Shown piece after piece: positions 1 to 8,843 of a DNA stretch of 24,000 bases. A program made the translations under genes and the position numbers. Source of the DNA: Microbacterium phage A3Wally. The stretch lies in sequence record MZ150783.1. The stretch is one strand, 5' to 3'. Under the pieces are notes generated by a model. The model worked only from the letters and a program-made list of their open reading frames with translations. It was not told the DNA's origin and searched no databases. Within the stretch, counting starts at the first letter, position 1, and every line of letters starts with the position of its first letter.

Positions 1-680
1 GCATCACGATCATTGTGGTGCCAGGAAACCACGAAAACTGGCGCGTGATCAACGAGCTGGTTGAGGATGACCGCGAGAACCTGAAGCGCTATCGCTCGAA
101 CATCTTCATCGCGCCTCGTGGGTATCGGTGCGAGCTGGGCGGCATGAGCTTCGTGATGCTCGGTGGCGCACCTAGTGTGGACCGCACCTGGCGTCTCCAG
201 CACGACCGGATGACCAAGGACAAGTACAAGGCGAATATGCTGTGGTACCCCGAGGAGCAAATCACTGGTGCGGATGTGGACTACGTGAAGGCTGGCGGTT
301 ACGCGGACGTGATGATCGGTCATGACGCCCCGCACGGTATCCGACGCATCGAGGATCGGATCAAGGGCAACCCGCACGGTTTCCACATCGCGGATATCCT
401 CTACGCGGAGGAGGGTCGTGTACTGATGACCGAAGCGTTCCGTGGTGTCGGTCCTGAGTTCTTCTTCCACGGACACTACCACTTCGCCGTGAACGAGTTC
501 ATCCAGCGTCCCGGCTCTGAGTACGGAGACACCACCCACGTCATCGGTCTGGATTGTGAGTTCCACAACTACTCCATCGCGATTCTTGACACGGACCTCC
601 GTGTCGCGTATAATCTCGACCACGACAACCTGCTCGACCAGTTTCGGGCCGAACTGAACGGACAACCATGGCCAAAGTGA
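1..680 (+). CDS. Metallophosphoesterase, 5'-truncated by the window edge
   Basis: Open frame continues upstream of the listed start (..ITIIVVPGNHENW). GNHE motif, later GHDAPHG and FHGHYH, are typical calcineurin-like phosphoesterase metal-binding blocks. Confidence 0.85.
   Translation, partial: ITIIVVPGNHENWRVINELVEDDRENLKRYRSNIFIAPRGYRCELGGMSFVMLGGAPSVDRTWRLQHDRMTKDKYKANMLWYPEEQITGADVDYVKAGGYADVMIGHDAPHGIRRIEDRIKGNPHGFHIADILYAEEGRVLMTEAFRGVGPEFFFHGHYHFAVNEFIQRPGSEYGDTTHVIGLDCEFHNYSIAILDTDLRVAYNLDHDNLLDQFRAELNGQPWPK
586..614 (+). promoter_or_regulatory. Perfect-consensus sigma70-like promoter TTGACA-17 nt-TATAAT inside the 3' end of the metallophosphoesterase gene
   Basis: TTGACA 586-591, 17-nt spacer, TATAAT 609-614; next gene starts at 668. 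Confidence 0.65.
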
Positions 681-1252
681 GAATCTACGAGGACATCGAT
701 GGGTGCCTCAACGCGGACTGGAATGCTGTCAAGTGGCGACAGGAAGGTGACGAGGAGCATGCTGGCCGTCTGAGCGAGTACGTCATGCCGGAGTTCGATG
801 ATTTCGGTCAGAAGAAAGAAGAGAACGTCCCTGCGGGTTGGGGTAACTACCGCACGTTCAAGGGCTTCAAGATGATCTGGAACTCCCGGCTCATCGACGC
901 CCTGAACAGTCTGGAGAACGTCGAGTGGGTCTGGACGACCACCTGGCGTGAGGACGCCCTGAAGGTCGGCACAGCCATGAAGCTCCTCCACGAGCCGCAG
1001 CGCGTGCTCCACCCGCTTGACGGAAAGACCGAGTTCCCCTCCATTCATTGGAAGTATGAGGCCATTGTCGCTGAGCAGGAGAAGGACCCCTCTCCGTTCA
1101 TCGCGGTGGATGACGAGTGGAGCCAGGTACACCGTGAGGTCTCCGCGAATCTGCGCAACCTCGGCGGTCTGGTTATCAGTCCGTCCTTCAACTTCGGGCT
1201 GGAACCGAGCCACATCGAACAGATGCGCGAGTACATCGCAAAGCACTCATGA
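668..1252 (+). CDS. Small HAD-like domain protein (resembles the HAD domain linked to 'Swiss Army Knife' RNA repair proteins)
   Basis: N-terminal DIDGCLN, VWTTTWRE and FIAVDDEW motifs; overlaps the upstream gene end; start ATG 668. Confidence 0.6.
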   Translation: MAKVRIYEDIDGCLNADWNAVKWRQEGDEEHAGRLSEYVMPEFDDFGQKKEENVPAGWGNYRTFKGFKMIWNSRLIDALNSLENVEWVWTTTWREDALKVGTAMKLLHEPQRVLHPLDGKTEFPSIHWKYEAIVAEQEKDPSPFIAVDDEWSQVHREVSANLRNLGGLVISPSFNFGLEPSHIEQMREYIAKHS

Positions 1253-1362
1253 ACTGCCCCATCTGCGGGCGTTTCATGAAGCTGAGCGGGTACTACTCCT
1301 CCGATTCGTACGACTCCTGGGTGGACTCCTGGTACTGCACCAGTCCAAACCGTCACCCCTAG
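1249..1362 (+). CDS. 37-aa putative zinc-finger-like small protein (MNCPICGRFMKLSG...WYCTSPNRHP)
   Basis: ATGA overlap with upstream stop; CPIC...C cysteine pattern; below the length cut-off of the ORF track. Confidence 0.5.
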   Translation: MNCPICGRFMKLSGYYSSDSYDSWVDSWYCTSPNRHP

Positions 1363-1382
1363 GCACCCCTGGTAATATAGGA

Positions 1383-2114
1383 GTGGAGAATTCCGCTTCT
1401 ATACTACTGGGGGTGTCTGTGTTTCCTGCCGGAGTCACCACACGAGAAATCAAGGTCGGACCTGCGTACGACCTTGTTTCTGGCGCGCCGTATTCAATCC
1501 GCGTCATGATTGCTCCGACACGCTCACTGGTATGGAGCGCCACAAACGACCCTGTAGTCGCCAAGCTAAAGACCTACGTAGTTGAGCCTGGAAGCACAAG
1601 CCTCATTCCGCTGCCGGTCACGGACCAGAACGGGTACGAGGACAATGCGGGCGGCTCTATCGTGCTGGAGCCTGGCCAGAACGCATTCGGCTACAAGGTC
1701 TCCGTCTACTACATGGTAGGCGGTTCCGTGGCGCGGAAGACCCCAAGCACTGTAGTCGTCCTTCCTTCGGGTTCGGGCGCTGTGGACATCGATGATCTGG
1801 TTACTTTCACGGAGCAGAATTCCGGTGAGACCATCAGCGCTCCAGACACATGGAGTGCACAGGTAGCAGCAGCTCAGGCGGCGGCTACCGCAGCGGCGGC
1901 ATCTGCGGCAGAGGCTGTGGACGCTATCGAAGAGCTGGAGGGAAATATCGGTTCTGCGGTCGATGAATGGTTCGACCAGAATGCAGGAACGATTGTCTCT
2001 CCTGACACCCTTGAAGAGGCAATTAGCGCTCACAAGAATGAGGCCGAACCACACAAGGCGTACGACCTCGATATCCCCTCCCTTACCGTACTATTTGAGA
2101 ATGGACTAGTGTAA
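1383..2114 (+). CDS. Tail-associated structural protein (probable minor tail protein)
   Basis: Part of ORF 1017..2114, but the codons before about 1383 overlap upstream genes. Candidate GTG starts are 1383, 1413 and 1419. Beta-rich N-terminus, then Ala-rich coiled coil. TAATG junction with the next tail gene. Confidence 0.6.
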   Translation: MENSASILLGVSVFPAGVTTREIKVGPAYDLVSGAPYSIRVMIAPTRSLVWSATNDPVVAKLKTYVVEPGSTSLIPLPVTDQNGYEDNAGGSIVLEPGQNAFGYKVSVYYMVGGSVARKTPSTVVVLPSGSGAVDIDDLVTFTEQNSGETISAPDTWSAQVAAAQAAATAAAASAAEAVDAIEELEGNIGSAVDEWFDQNAGTIVSPDTLEEAISAHKNEAEPHKAYDLDIPSLTVLFENGLV

Positions 2115-2758
2115 TGTCATTTGAATCCAACGTAACAAGCCTAGCCGTTCGTCTAGGTACAGAGTTCAAGACCATCCGTACCCAGCTCACCGGCAACGCG
2201 TCCGGTGCCCTGACGGGTCTGACCACTGATGCAAAGAGCAGCCTTATCGCTGCGATCAATGAGCTGGATGCAGCCATTGAGGCCCTGGCCAGCGCCGAAG
2301 GTGGCGCTACCATCATCGATGGTGCCCCGGTCTCTACAAGCGTGTGGTCGTCTGCCAAGACCGACGCCGAGATTGACACTGCGGTATCTGCTGCTGTGGC
2401 CTCTCTGCTTGACTCGGCTCCTGGTGCCCTCGACACTCTGAACGAGCTGGCTGCGGCTCTGGGTGATGACCCCAACTTCTCTGCCACGCTAACCGGTCAG
2501 ATTGCCGCCAAGGCCGACGCCAACCACACGCACACTGCATCCCAGATCACCGACTTCGCTACCGCCGTTGACGGACGTGTGGCTGCTGCCGTCCCTCAGG
2601 CCTCCACCACCGTAGCCGGTAAGACGGAGTACTCTACGGACGCCGAAGCTATCGCTGGTACGTCTGTGAACACCGCTGTGACCCCTGCCGCTCTCGCTGC
2701 CGTGGTCGGAGATTCCACCGAGAACTTCGTCACCACTTTCGAAACCGCACTGATCTAA
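2114..2758 (+). CDS. Tail fiber-like protein
   Basis: Ala-rich helical repeats and C-terminal ASTTVAGKTEYSTDAEAIAGTSVNTAVTPAALAAVV, a motif common in phage tail fibers. Confidence 0.7.
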   Translation: MSFESNVTSLAVRLGTEFKTIRTQLTGNASGALTGLTTDAKSSLIAAINELDAAIEALASAEGGATIIDGAPVSTSVWSSAKTDAEIDTAVSAAVASLLDSAPGALDTLNELAAALGDDPNFSATLTGQIAAKADANHTHTASQITDFATAVDGRVAAAVPQASTTVAGKTEYSTDAEAIAGTSVNTAVTPAALAAVVGDSTENFVTTFETALI

Positions 2759-2773
2759 TAGTAGGACTACCTA

Positions 2774-4969
2774 GTGACCGCCTCCATTCGCTCAACCTCT
2801 TCCGGACTGAGTGACGGGACCGGGAACACCTTCACACTGACCCTGCCCGCAGGTATTGTGGATGGTGACATCCTGTTCTTCGTCTTCATTGCCGGTAATT
2901 CGAGTGCCTCCACGAATGACTCCGTGGTCAAGGGATGGTGGCGTTACAACGCCCAGTCGGTCAACACACGTCAGTGGGCCTACTACGCTCGTATCTACCG
3001 CTCTACCGACCCATCCAGTGTCTACACGCTGACGATGGACGCGCAGGCTGCGGGTGTGTGGGTGGCTGCTGCAATCAAGGATCACGCGGTCTCGGCTGAG
3101 ACGGACATTCAGTCGTCCGCTAACTGGCGTCGTTCGGATAACGGTGGCTCGCAGACCACGATTATCGCGCCGTCCATCACCACGCCCACCGCTGACCGTC
3201 TCGTTCTCGCTCTCACAGGTGAGGCCTCGAATGCTCTCGGTGCAATGCGCACGGTCAACGCCAACGGCTTCACGCTTGCGGCGCAGCAGGTTGAGGGCGG
3301 TGTGGCGAACCTCAGCATCGAACAGCTCTCCATGTGGAGCAAGGTCCAGGCCTCAGCCGGAGCTACCGGTAATCTCGAAGTCGCCTTCGGTCCTGTAGAG
3401 ACCCCTGCCGCCTCGCTGAACGGTGTGGGAACTCAGCTCTCCATCCCGAGCGGTACGCCGACCGCCGACCCGAAGATTCTGGGCCTACGAATCTCGACCT
3501 CGCCCGAGCCGTACGCTATCACACTGGGTGCCGACCTCATCGCCGGTACTACGCTGGTGGCCACGCTGAAGAACAACGGCGTCCAGGTTGCGCAGAACAC
3601 GGTGACAATTCACCAGGCTTCCGGCTGGGGTTCTACTCGGTTCGCCAATCTCATTCCCGACAACGTATATACAGTCGAGTGGTCTATCGATGGTGTGCTT
3701 CAGGAGGCATCAACCCAGACCATCCGCACACTTCCGGTGCCTGGAATCGCGAAGTCGTTTGTCCTCGCTGCGGGTTCCTGCCAGTTCACCGGGTCCAACC
3801 ACCCGGTGTGGGATCGAATCGCTGACGACAATCCCATCATGCTCGCCCACATGGGAGACCTCCACTACGGTGACGCCACCGAGCTTGGCCCTTGGCGCGT
3901 AGCCACGGAGTCTTCGCTGAATGCGCCAAAGCTGCGTGCACTTCTCGGCAAGACAATGATGACCTGGACGTGGGACAACCACGACCGAATCATCACCAAC
4001 CCCACAGGAGCCGGTACCGGACTGAACCTCGGAGAGACCGACCCCGCCACGAACACCGAGTGGCGTCGTCTCGCCGGTACCCAGGGCTGGTCGTCCGCAT
4101 CTACGGCAGGACGTACCTGGACCATTGGTCGTGTGCGTTTCATCCAGACCGACCAGTGGACCGTCCGCGATGACGGTGACGGTGACCCCTCCCCGCGCAC
4201 ATTCCTCGGACCAGAACAGAAGCAGTGGTTCTACGACACGCTGGCAAATGCCACCGAGCCAATGATCATCTGGTTCTGTCAGTGGACCGGACAGAATCAC
4301 GCCAACGGTCGCTGGAACTCCTTCCCTGAGGAGACCACCGAGCTAGAGAACTGGATCAATGCGCGTCCTGAAATCAAGGCCAAGATGGTCATGATCGGTG
4401 GAGACTCGCACTCGCTCCAGGTGACAGACGGTACTCGTACCGCCGCACAGGGGCAGCGCTTTGCAGGTATCCCCAACTACAACATCTCTGGATTCAACCG
4501 CTCCTCCGAGACCGGTCAGGGCGGTGCCGGGTGGCTGGTTGATCAGCCGCTTCGTGTAGCTCCCGAGCTGGAAGCCAACTGGGGTGGCTACTCCCGAATG
4601 ACCTTCACCGATACCGGTACAGAGCTGACGCTGCTCTGGGAGGGTGTGCGTGTCAACGCAGCCGGAGCAACAGACATCATGGCAACCCAGACCTTTACGG
4701 TCGAGACGGAAGGACTGACACTCGTGCAGAGAATTCGCAATCTAGCCGCGCGTATTGGTGCGGAAATCAAGGCCGTACGTGGAGAGGTTGCGGGGAAGGC
4801 AAATGCTGCCGACCTCGATAACGTGTTCGGCATCGCCATGTCCAAGGTCTCTCCGACCGATCCGAGAGTACCTATCGTTATTTCTCAGTCTGAATATGAT
4901 GCGCTGAATCCGCCTGTTGCGGGTCAGCTCTACATCACCTACCCAGACCCGGCACCGCCCGCTCAGTGA
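2774..4969 (+). CDS. Large virion-associated protein with PhoD-like metallophosphatase domain
   Basis: GSCQFTG, MGDLHYGD, TWDNHDR and GGDSHS motifs of PhoD-like phosphodiesterases, preceded by a beta-rich domain; GTG start at 2774. Confidence 0.75.
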   Translation: MTASIRSTSSGLSDGTGNTFTLTLPAGIVDGDILFFVFIAGNSSASTNDSVVKGWWRYNAQSVNTRQWAYYARIYRSTDPSSVYTLTMDAQAAGVWVAAAIKDHAVSAETDIQSSANWRRSDNGGSQTTIIAPSITTPTADRLVLALTGEASNALGAMRTVNANGFTLAAQQVEGGVANLSIEQLSMWSKVQASAGATGNLEVAFGPVETPAASLNGVGTQLSIPSGTPTADPKILGLRISTSPEPYAITLGADLIAGTTLVATLKNNGVQVAQNTVTIHQASGWGSTRFANLIPDNVYTVEWSIDGVLQEASTQTIRTLPVPGIAKSFVLAAGSCQFTGSNHPVWDRIADDNPIMLAHMGDLHYGDATELGPWRVATESSLNAPKLRALLGKTMMTWTWDNHDRIITNPTGAGTGLNLGETDPATNTEWRRLAGTQGWSSASTAGRTWTIGRVRFIQTDQWTVRDDGDGDPSPRTFLGPEQKQWFYDTLANATEPMIIWFCQWTGQNHANGRWNSFPEETTELENWINARPEIKAKMVMIGGDSHSLQVTDGTRTAAQGQRFAGIPNYNISGFNRSSETGQGGAGWLVDQPLRVAPELEANWGGYSRMTFTDTGTELTLLWEGVRVNAAGATDIMATQTFTVETEGLTLVQRIRNLAARIGAEIKAVRGEVAGKANAADLDNVFGIAMSKVSPTDPRVPIVISQSEYDALNPPVAGQLYITYPDPAPPAQ

Positions 4970-5091
4970 TGAATATCGAAGACGCAATGAAGGCCAAGGC
5001 TCTAGAGCTGTATGGCTCAGATGACCTCTCGAAGCTCGCCCCCGGGCTGCTAGAGTGGCTGGAGAAGGAAGTAGGTGGCGATAATGGCTGA
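4969..5091 (+). CDS. 40-aa small protein (MNIEDAMKAKALELYGSDDLSKLAPGLLEWLEKEVGGDNG)
   Basis: TGATG overlap with upstream stop and overlap with downstream start; missing from ORF track because of length. Confidence 0.5.
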   Translation: MNIEDAMKAKALELYGSDDLSKLAPGLLEWLEKEVGGDNG

Positions 5092-7078
5092 AGCCAAGAT
5101 CGTTGGTGTCCGTACCCGTAAGGACGGAGCCACCTTCACCAACCTCGATCTGTCCGGAATTCCAGATGATTCCTGGCAGATCGTGTCTTTCATGTGGTCC
5201 AATTCCGCTGCCACGGTATCTATGCCTGCTGGGTGGACCGTTCTCTTTCCTGTAGAGACTACAGGTACTCGCCGTAACATGGTGTTCGGTCGAAAGCGCG
5301 TAGCCGGGGACCCGACCACCGCAACGGTAACGCTCAGTGCTAGTGCGCAGATCGCTACGACCACCCTTTGGGGCACTGGAAACTGGGAGAGCCGTGTTAT
5401 CGGATCGTCCCGGGTGCGCTCTACTGTTGGCACAGCGGGTTCGCGTACCCAGAACATCGCTCCCAGCCTGGCGGCTCCCGCCAAGAGTCTCGTCATCGCT
5501 ATCACGAACGAGGCCACGAACGCTCGCACTCTGGCTGACGAAATCTCTGCCGTATCTCCTAGTTCGTGGGCGCGATACAGCTACCTAGGACAGCCCGATA
5601 CCACCGCGAACAACATCGAAACCACCGGCATCTACTGGAACGCTTTCCAGAACGCCGGAGCTTCTGGTGATGTCGCCTTCACCTACACTTCCGCGCAGGA
5701 CAACAACGGTTGGGCAGCGCAAATCGCCATTCCCGGTGACTTCGTTATCGCCCCTGGTGCCCCTGCCGGGACCCTGAACTTCACATCGAACATCTGGGCC
5801 GACCAGGTGTCAATGACTCTCGTGGGCAAGACGACAGGCGCTCAGGAGGTTGAGCTGCTGGTGAACGGTCAGACCTTCACCGCCACTCCGGATTCTGCTG
5901 GATACTTCCGAGTAGTAGGTACCGGTCTTTCACCCTCGTCAACCTACATCTGGGAACTTCGCGTTGACAATGTGCTTCGCGATTCCGATACGCTGGTAAC
6001 CCTGCCGGGATGGAACAACTCGGACATCAACGGGATGACCTTTGCGTGGGGTAGCTGCTTTGACGCATACACGTCAGCCGTATTCGGTCTGATCAATGCT
6101 CGTCAACCTCGATTCATCGCGGAACTGGGTGACTGGGGCTACCAGTACATCACAGGCGGCGCGAACGGCAACACGTCTCCCACAGACGTAGCTACAGTGC
6201 GCGCGCACCGTGAGCCGGTACTGGCGGCTGCTGCGCCTCAGGGACTCTTCACGAAGTACCCGACCTCGTATACCTACTCGGACTGCGATGGTGGAGGCTC
6301 AAACGCCGACAGCACCGTGGGCGGTCTCGCTACCGGCGCAGTCCAGGCGGCGTACCGTCAGCAGTTCGCGCACCCCACGCTCACGCTCACCAATACTGGA
6401 TTCCGGTACTGGAGAATCGGTCGTGTTCTGTTCATCCACACGGACGAGACCACGGCAGCATCCGCGCGGGGGTCCGCAGACAACTCCTCGAAGACCAAGC
6501 TGGGCGCGGAGCAGAAGACGGCGTTCAAGGACCTGATCACTACCGCCTCGCAGCAGGGCTGGGCCGTTGTGTGGTTCGGAGACGGCCCGTGGGCTGTGCC
6601 TGCATCTGTCGGCACGCACAACGATTGGTCGGCCTACAACACAGAGCGTACCGAGCTAGGAAACTACATCCAGGCATCCGGTGTCAAGCTGGTGCGCCTG
6701 CACGGTGACACGCACGCGCTCTTTGCGGACGACGGTACCAACAATCCGTGGGGTGGATTCCCGTACGCGAGCGCAGCCCCGCTACACACGACCGCGAACC
6801 CGTACAACCGCCCGGTATCAAATGGCTCCTGGCCCACCGCACAGACTGGCTCCTCGCGTCAGTACGGTATCGGAGAGTTCACAGACGTAAACGGCAACCT
6901 GACGCTGACCATCCACGGATACTCCTCGACCAATGCCGCGCCCACCGAGGTTGAGCGCTTCAATATGGTCATGAATCTGGCGGAGAGTGACGCCTCGTCT
7001 CAGCCGTGGGCTAAGCTCTACATCGGAGACATGGAAGCCTCGAAGCTCTACATCGGAGACACGCAGGTCTGGCCGTAA
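5084..7078 (+). CDS. Second large PhoD-like tail-associated protein, possibly catalytically altered
   Basis: FAWGSCFDAY, ELGDWGYQY and LHGDTHALF motifs in the same order as in ORF 2774..4969; ends with repeated KLYIGD and TQVWP. ATG 5084 preferred to the listed 5075. Confidence 0.7.
   Translation: MAEAKIVGVRTRKDGATFTNLDLSGIPDDSWQIVSFMWSNSAATVSMPAGWTVLFPVETTGTRRNMVFGRKRVAGDPTTATVTLSASAQIATTTLWGTGNWESRVIGSSRVRSTVGTAGSRTQNIAPSLAAPAKSLVIAITNEATNARTLADEISAVSPSSWARYSYLGQPDTTANNIETTGIYWNAFQNAGASGDVAFTYTSAQDNNGWAAQIAIPGDFVIAPGAPAGTLNFTSNIWADQVSMTLVGKTTGAQEVELLVNGQTFTATPDSAGYFRVVGTGLSPSSTYIWELRVDNVLRDSDTLVTLPGWNNSDINGMTFAWGSCFDAYTSAVFGLINARQPRFIAELGDWGYQYITGGANGNTSPTDVATVRAHREPVLAAAAPQGLFTKYPTSYTYSDCDGGGSNADSTVGGLATGAVQAAYRQQFAHPTLTLTNTGFRYWRIGRVLFIHTDETTAASARGSADNSSKTKLGAEQKTAFKDLITTASQQGWAVVWFGDGPWAVPASVGTHNDWSAYNTERTELGNYIQASGVKLVRLHGDTHALFADDGTNNPWGGFPYASAAPLHTTANPYNRPVSNGSWPTAQTGSSRQYGIGEFTDVNGNLTLTIHGYSSTNAAPTEVERFNMVMNLAESDASSQPWAKLYIGDMEASKLYIGDTQVWP
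7013..7061 (+). repeat. Tandem 30-bp-period duplication with 19-bp identical core (aagctctacatcggagaca)
   Basis: Identical cores at 7013-7031 and 7043-7061; encodes KLYIGDMEAS KLYIGD. Confidence 0.95.
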
Positions 7079-7091
7079 TTATATAATAGGT

Positions 7092-7120
7092 TTGCAGTTT
7101 AGCCTGCCTGCTGATACACT
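7092..7120 (+). promoter_or_regulatory. Putative leaderless promoter TTGCAG-17 nt-TACACT, ATG 6 nt downstream
   Basis: TTGCAG 7092-7097, TACACT 7115-7120, cgcggc, ATG 7127; intergenic. Confidence 0.6.
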
Positions 7121-7126
7121 CGCGGC

Positions 7127-7762
7127 ATGCGACTACTTTATGACCTAGACGGTAACATCGCGCACTTTGATCGGCGCTACGATGGGTACCTGCTTGCGGA
7201 CTACCCGCACTTCTCACATATCAGTTCCATCAACCAGAAGACCTTCAACCTCTGGGCCGACCGAACTCCTGAAGAGCAGGAGGCTATTCGTGACATCATG
7301 AATCGCCCCGGCTTCTACAAGGAAATGGAGCCTATCGCAGGCGCGGTCGATGCCGTCAAGGAGGCGCAGGCTCTCGGACACGAAGTCTACTTCCTTTCCG
7401 CACCCTGGCTAACGAACGTCACGTGCGCCTCGGACAAGTACCACTGGATCGAACAGACCTTTGGTGAGGGCTGGGGCGACAAGCTCATCCTCGCCAAGGA
7501 CAAGACCGTTGTCTCCGGAGATATCCTCTTCGATGACAAGGAGCCGATCCCCCACAAGGAGCGTGCGGACTGGGTTCAGGTCTACTACGACCAGCCCTAC
7601 AATCAGGACGCTGTAGGTTACCGAGTCCACTCCTGGGAAACCGACGAGTGGAAGGATATCGTTGCGCAGATTGCGGACGAGAAGGCCAAGGCTGAGGCCT
7701 CTACCAAGGTGGACTGGAAGACGACCGCCATGGACATCCTGGAAGGAATGGGCGCACGATGA
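7127..7762 (+). CDS. 5'(3')-deoxyribonucleotidase-like HAD family protein
   Basis: YDLDGNIAHFD N-terminal HAD motif, YFLSAPW, FDDKEPIPH; size fits NT5C-type HAD phosphatases. Confidence 0.7.
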   Translation: MRLLYDLDGNIAHFDRRYDGYLLADYPHFSHISSINQKTFNLWADRTPEEQEAIRDIMNRPGFYKEMEPIAGAVDAVKEAQALGHEVYFLSAPWLTNVTCASDKYHWIEQTFGEGWGDKLILAKDKTVVSGDILFDDKEPIPHKERADWVQVYYDQPYNQDAVGYRVHSWETDEWKDIVAQIADEKAKAEASTKVDWKTTAMDILEGMGAR

Positions 7763-8397
7763 GTCAAATCATTGGCATCGGGGGCAAGCTTGCTTCCGGC
7801 AAGGACGCAATCTCTGACTACCTCGTGGAGAATCACGGCTGGGTAAAGATCGGCATGAGCGATGCCCTCGCGGAAGCGCTCTATGTTCTCGATCCGTATG
7901 TGCCCATCCACCTTCCAGACCCCGCCACCGGCAAGGGGCTGCGCAATTTCCTCTCACGCTTCCTGGATCGCAAGAAGCGTGCCGTGGAAATCGCGGACTT
8001 CCAGCGCTACTCGGACCTCTTCGATGAGGTCGGCTACGTCGAGGCGAAGACCAACGAGGAGGTTCGCCGCCTACTCCAGAAGCTCGGCACCGAGGTCGGT
8101 CGAAAGATCATCAGCGAGTCCGTGTGGACGGACATCATTGTCCGCCGTGCAAAGGAAGCCGCCAAGACGGCCCCGGGTGTCATCATCACCGGCATCCGCT
8201 ATCCCAACGAGCTGGGCATGATCACCGACGAGCTAGATGGTGAGCTATGGTGGGTCGTTCGCCCCTCGCTACAGGCGGGTTCCAACTCCGAGCACTCCAG
8301 CGAGAACAGCGTTCGCGAGACCGACTTCGACCGCACCATCCGGAATGATGGTACCCTAGATGAGCTGTACCAAAAGGTCAGCGCAATCGTCAGCTAA
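7759..8397 (+). CDS. Deoxynucleoside monophosphate kinase-like P-loop kinase
   Basis: IGIGGKLASGKD P-loop, QKLGTEVGR, VIITGIRYPNE; resembles phage dNMP kinases; ATGA overlap with upstream gene. Confidence 0.75.
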   Translation: MSQIIGIGGKLASGKDAISDYLVENHGWVKIGMSDALAEALYVLDPYVPIHLPDPATGKGLRNFLSRFLDRKKRAVEIADFQRYSDLFDEVGYVEAKTNEEVRRLLQKLGTEVGRKIISESVWTDIIVRRAKEAAKTAPGVIITGIRYPNELGMITDELDGELWWVVRPSLQAGSNSEHSSENSVRETDFDRTIRNDGTLDELYQKVSAIVS

Positions 8398-8416
8398 TCC
8401 GAAGGAGGCGCAAGCC

Positions 8417-8803
8417 ATGGATGAAGTTCTTGCTCTACAGTATCGTCGTCTACCCGGCAAGCGCCTCCAGATGATCGTGCTGCCGTACTCATTCAACGTG
8501 AGTGCGGCAGCACTGATCCGATTCCTCTCGCCCTCCGAACACAAGGACCCGACCGAGGGCTGGCGCATCATTCCGATCATCGGAATGCGTATGACCCTGA
8601 AGATCAATGGTCTGGACGATTTCGTCGGTGACGCGATGATGAAGGAAATCTTCGAGTCCCCCTGGATGCGTCCCGAAGGGCTGTACATGGAGGCCAAGGG
8701 TCGTGTTCTCACCGAAGGCTGGGACTTCGGAGACCTTGTGGCGGATCGTGTACCGCGAGAGCTGCTGACTCGCATCCACGAGCAGGTTGACAACTGGGCT
8801 TGA
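8417..8803 (+). CDS. Hypothetical protein
   Basis: GAAGGAGG Shine-Dalgarno before ATG 8417 (listed ORF start 8360 is too far upstream). Confidence 0.65.
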   Translation: MDEVLALQYRRLPGKRLQMIVLPYSFNVSAAALIRFLSPSEHKDPTEGWRIIPIIGMRMTLKINGLDDFVGDAMMKEIFESPWMRPEGLYMEAKGRVLTEGWDFGDLVADRVPRELLTRIHEQVDNWA

Positions 8804-8815
8804 CTCCTGTAGCGT
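8787..8815 (+). promoter_or_regulatory. Putative promoter TTGACA-17 nt-TAGCGT
   Basis: TTGACA 8787-8792, TAGCGT 8810-8815, overlapping the end of the upstream gene; ORF at 8844 follows. Confidence 0.4.
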
Positions 8816-8843
8816 AGGTTCCACAACGACACCAGAAGGAACC

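Noticed and set aside
1017-1382. N-terminal extension of the listed ORF 1017..2114
   Set aside because: The region overlaps the HAD-like gene and the small Cys-rich ORF in another frame. The encoded sequence is Arg/Ser-rich shadow sequence, while convincing tail-protein sequence begins only at about 1383-1419.
1371-1405. AT-rich TAATAT and TATACT boxes before the first tail gene
   Set aside because: No matching -35 hexamers; noted as possible late-promoter material but not supported enough to call.
5964-5996. TTGACA...TACGCT pair inside the second PhoD-like gene
   Set aside because: Approximate position in the IWELRVDNVLRDSD coding stretch; spacer appears to be about 19 nt and there is no downstream start, so likely coincidental.
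7082-7087. Perfect TATAAT after the second PhoD-like gene
   Set aside because: No -35-like hexamer 16-18 nt upstream; the TTGCAG-17-TACACT pair just downstream fits the ATG spacing better. A phage-specific late promoter cannot be excluded.
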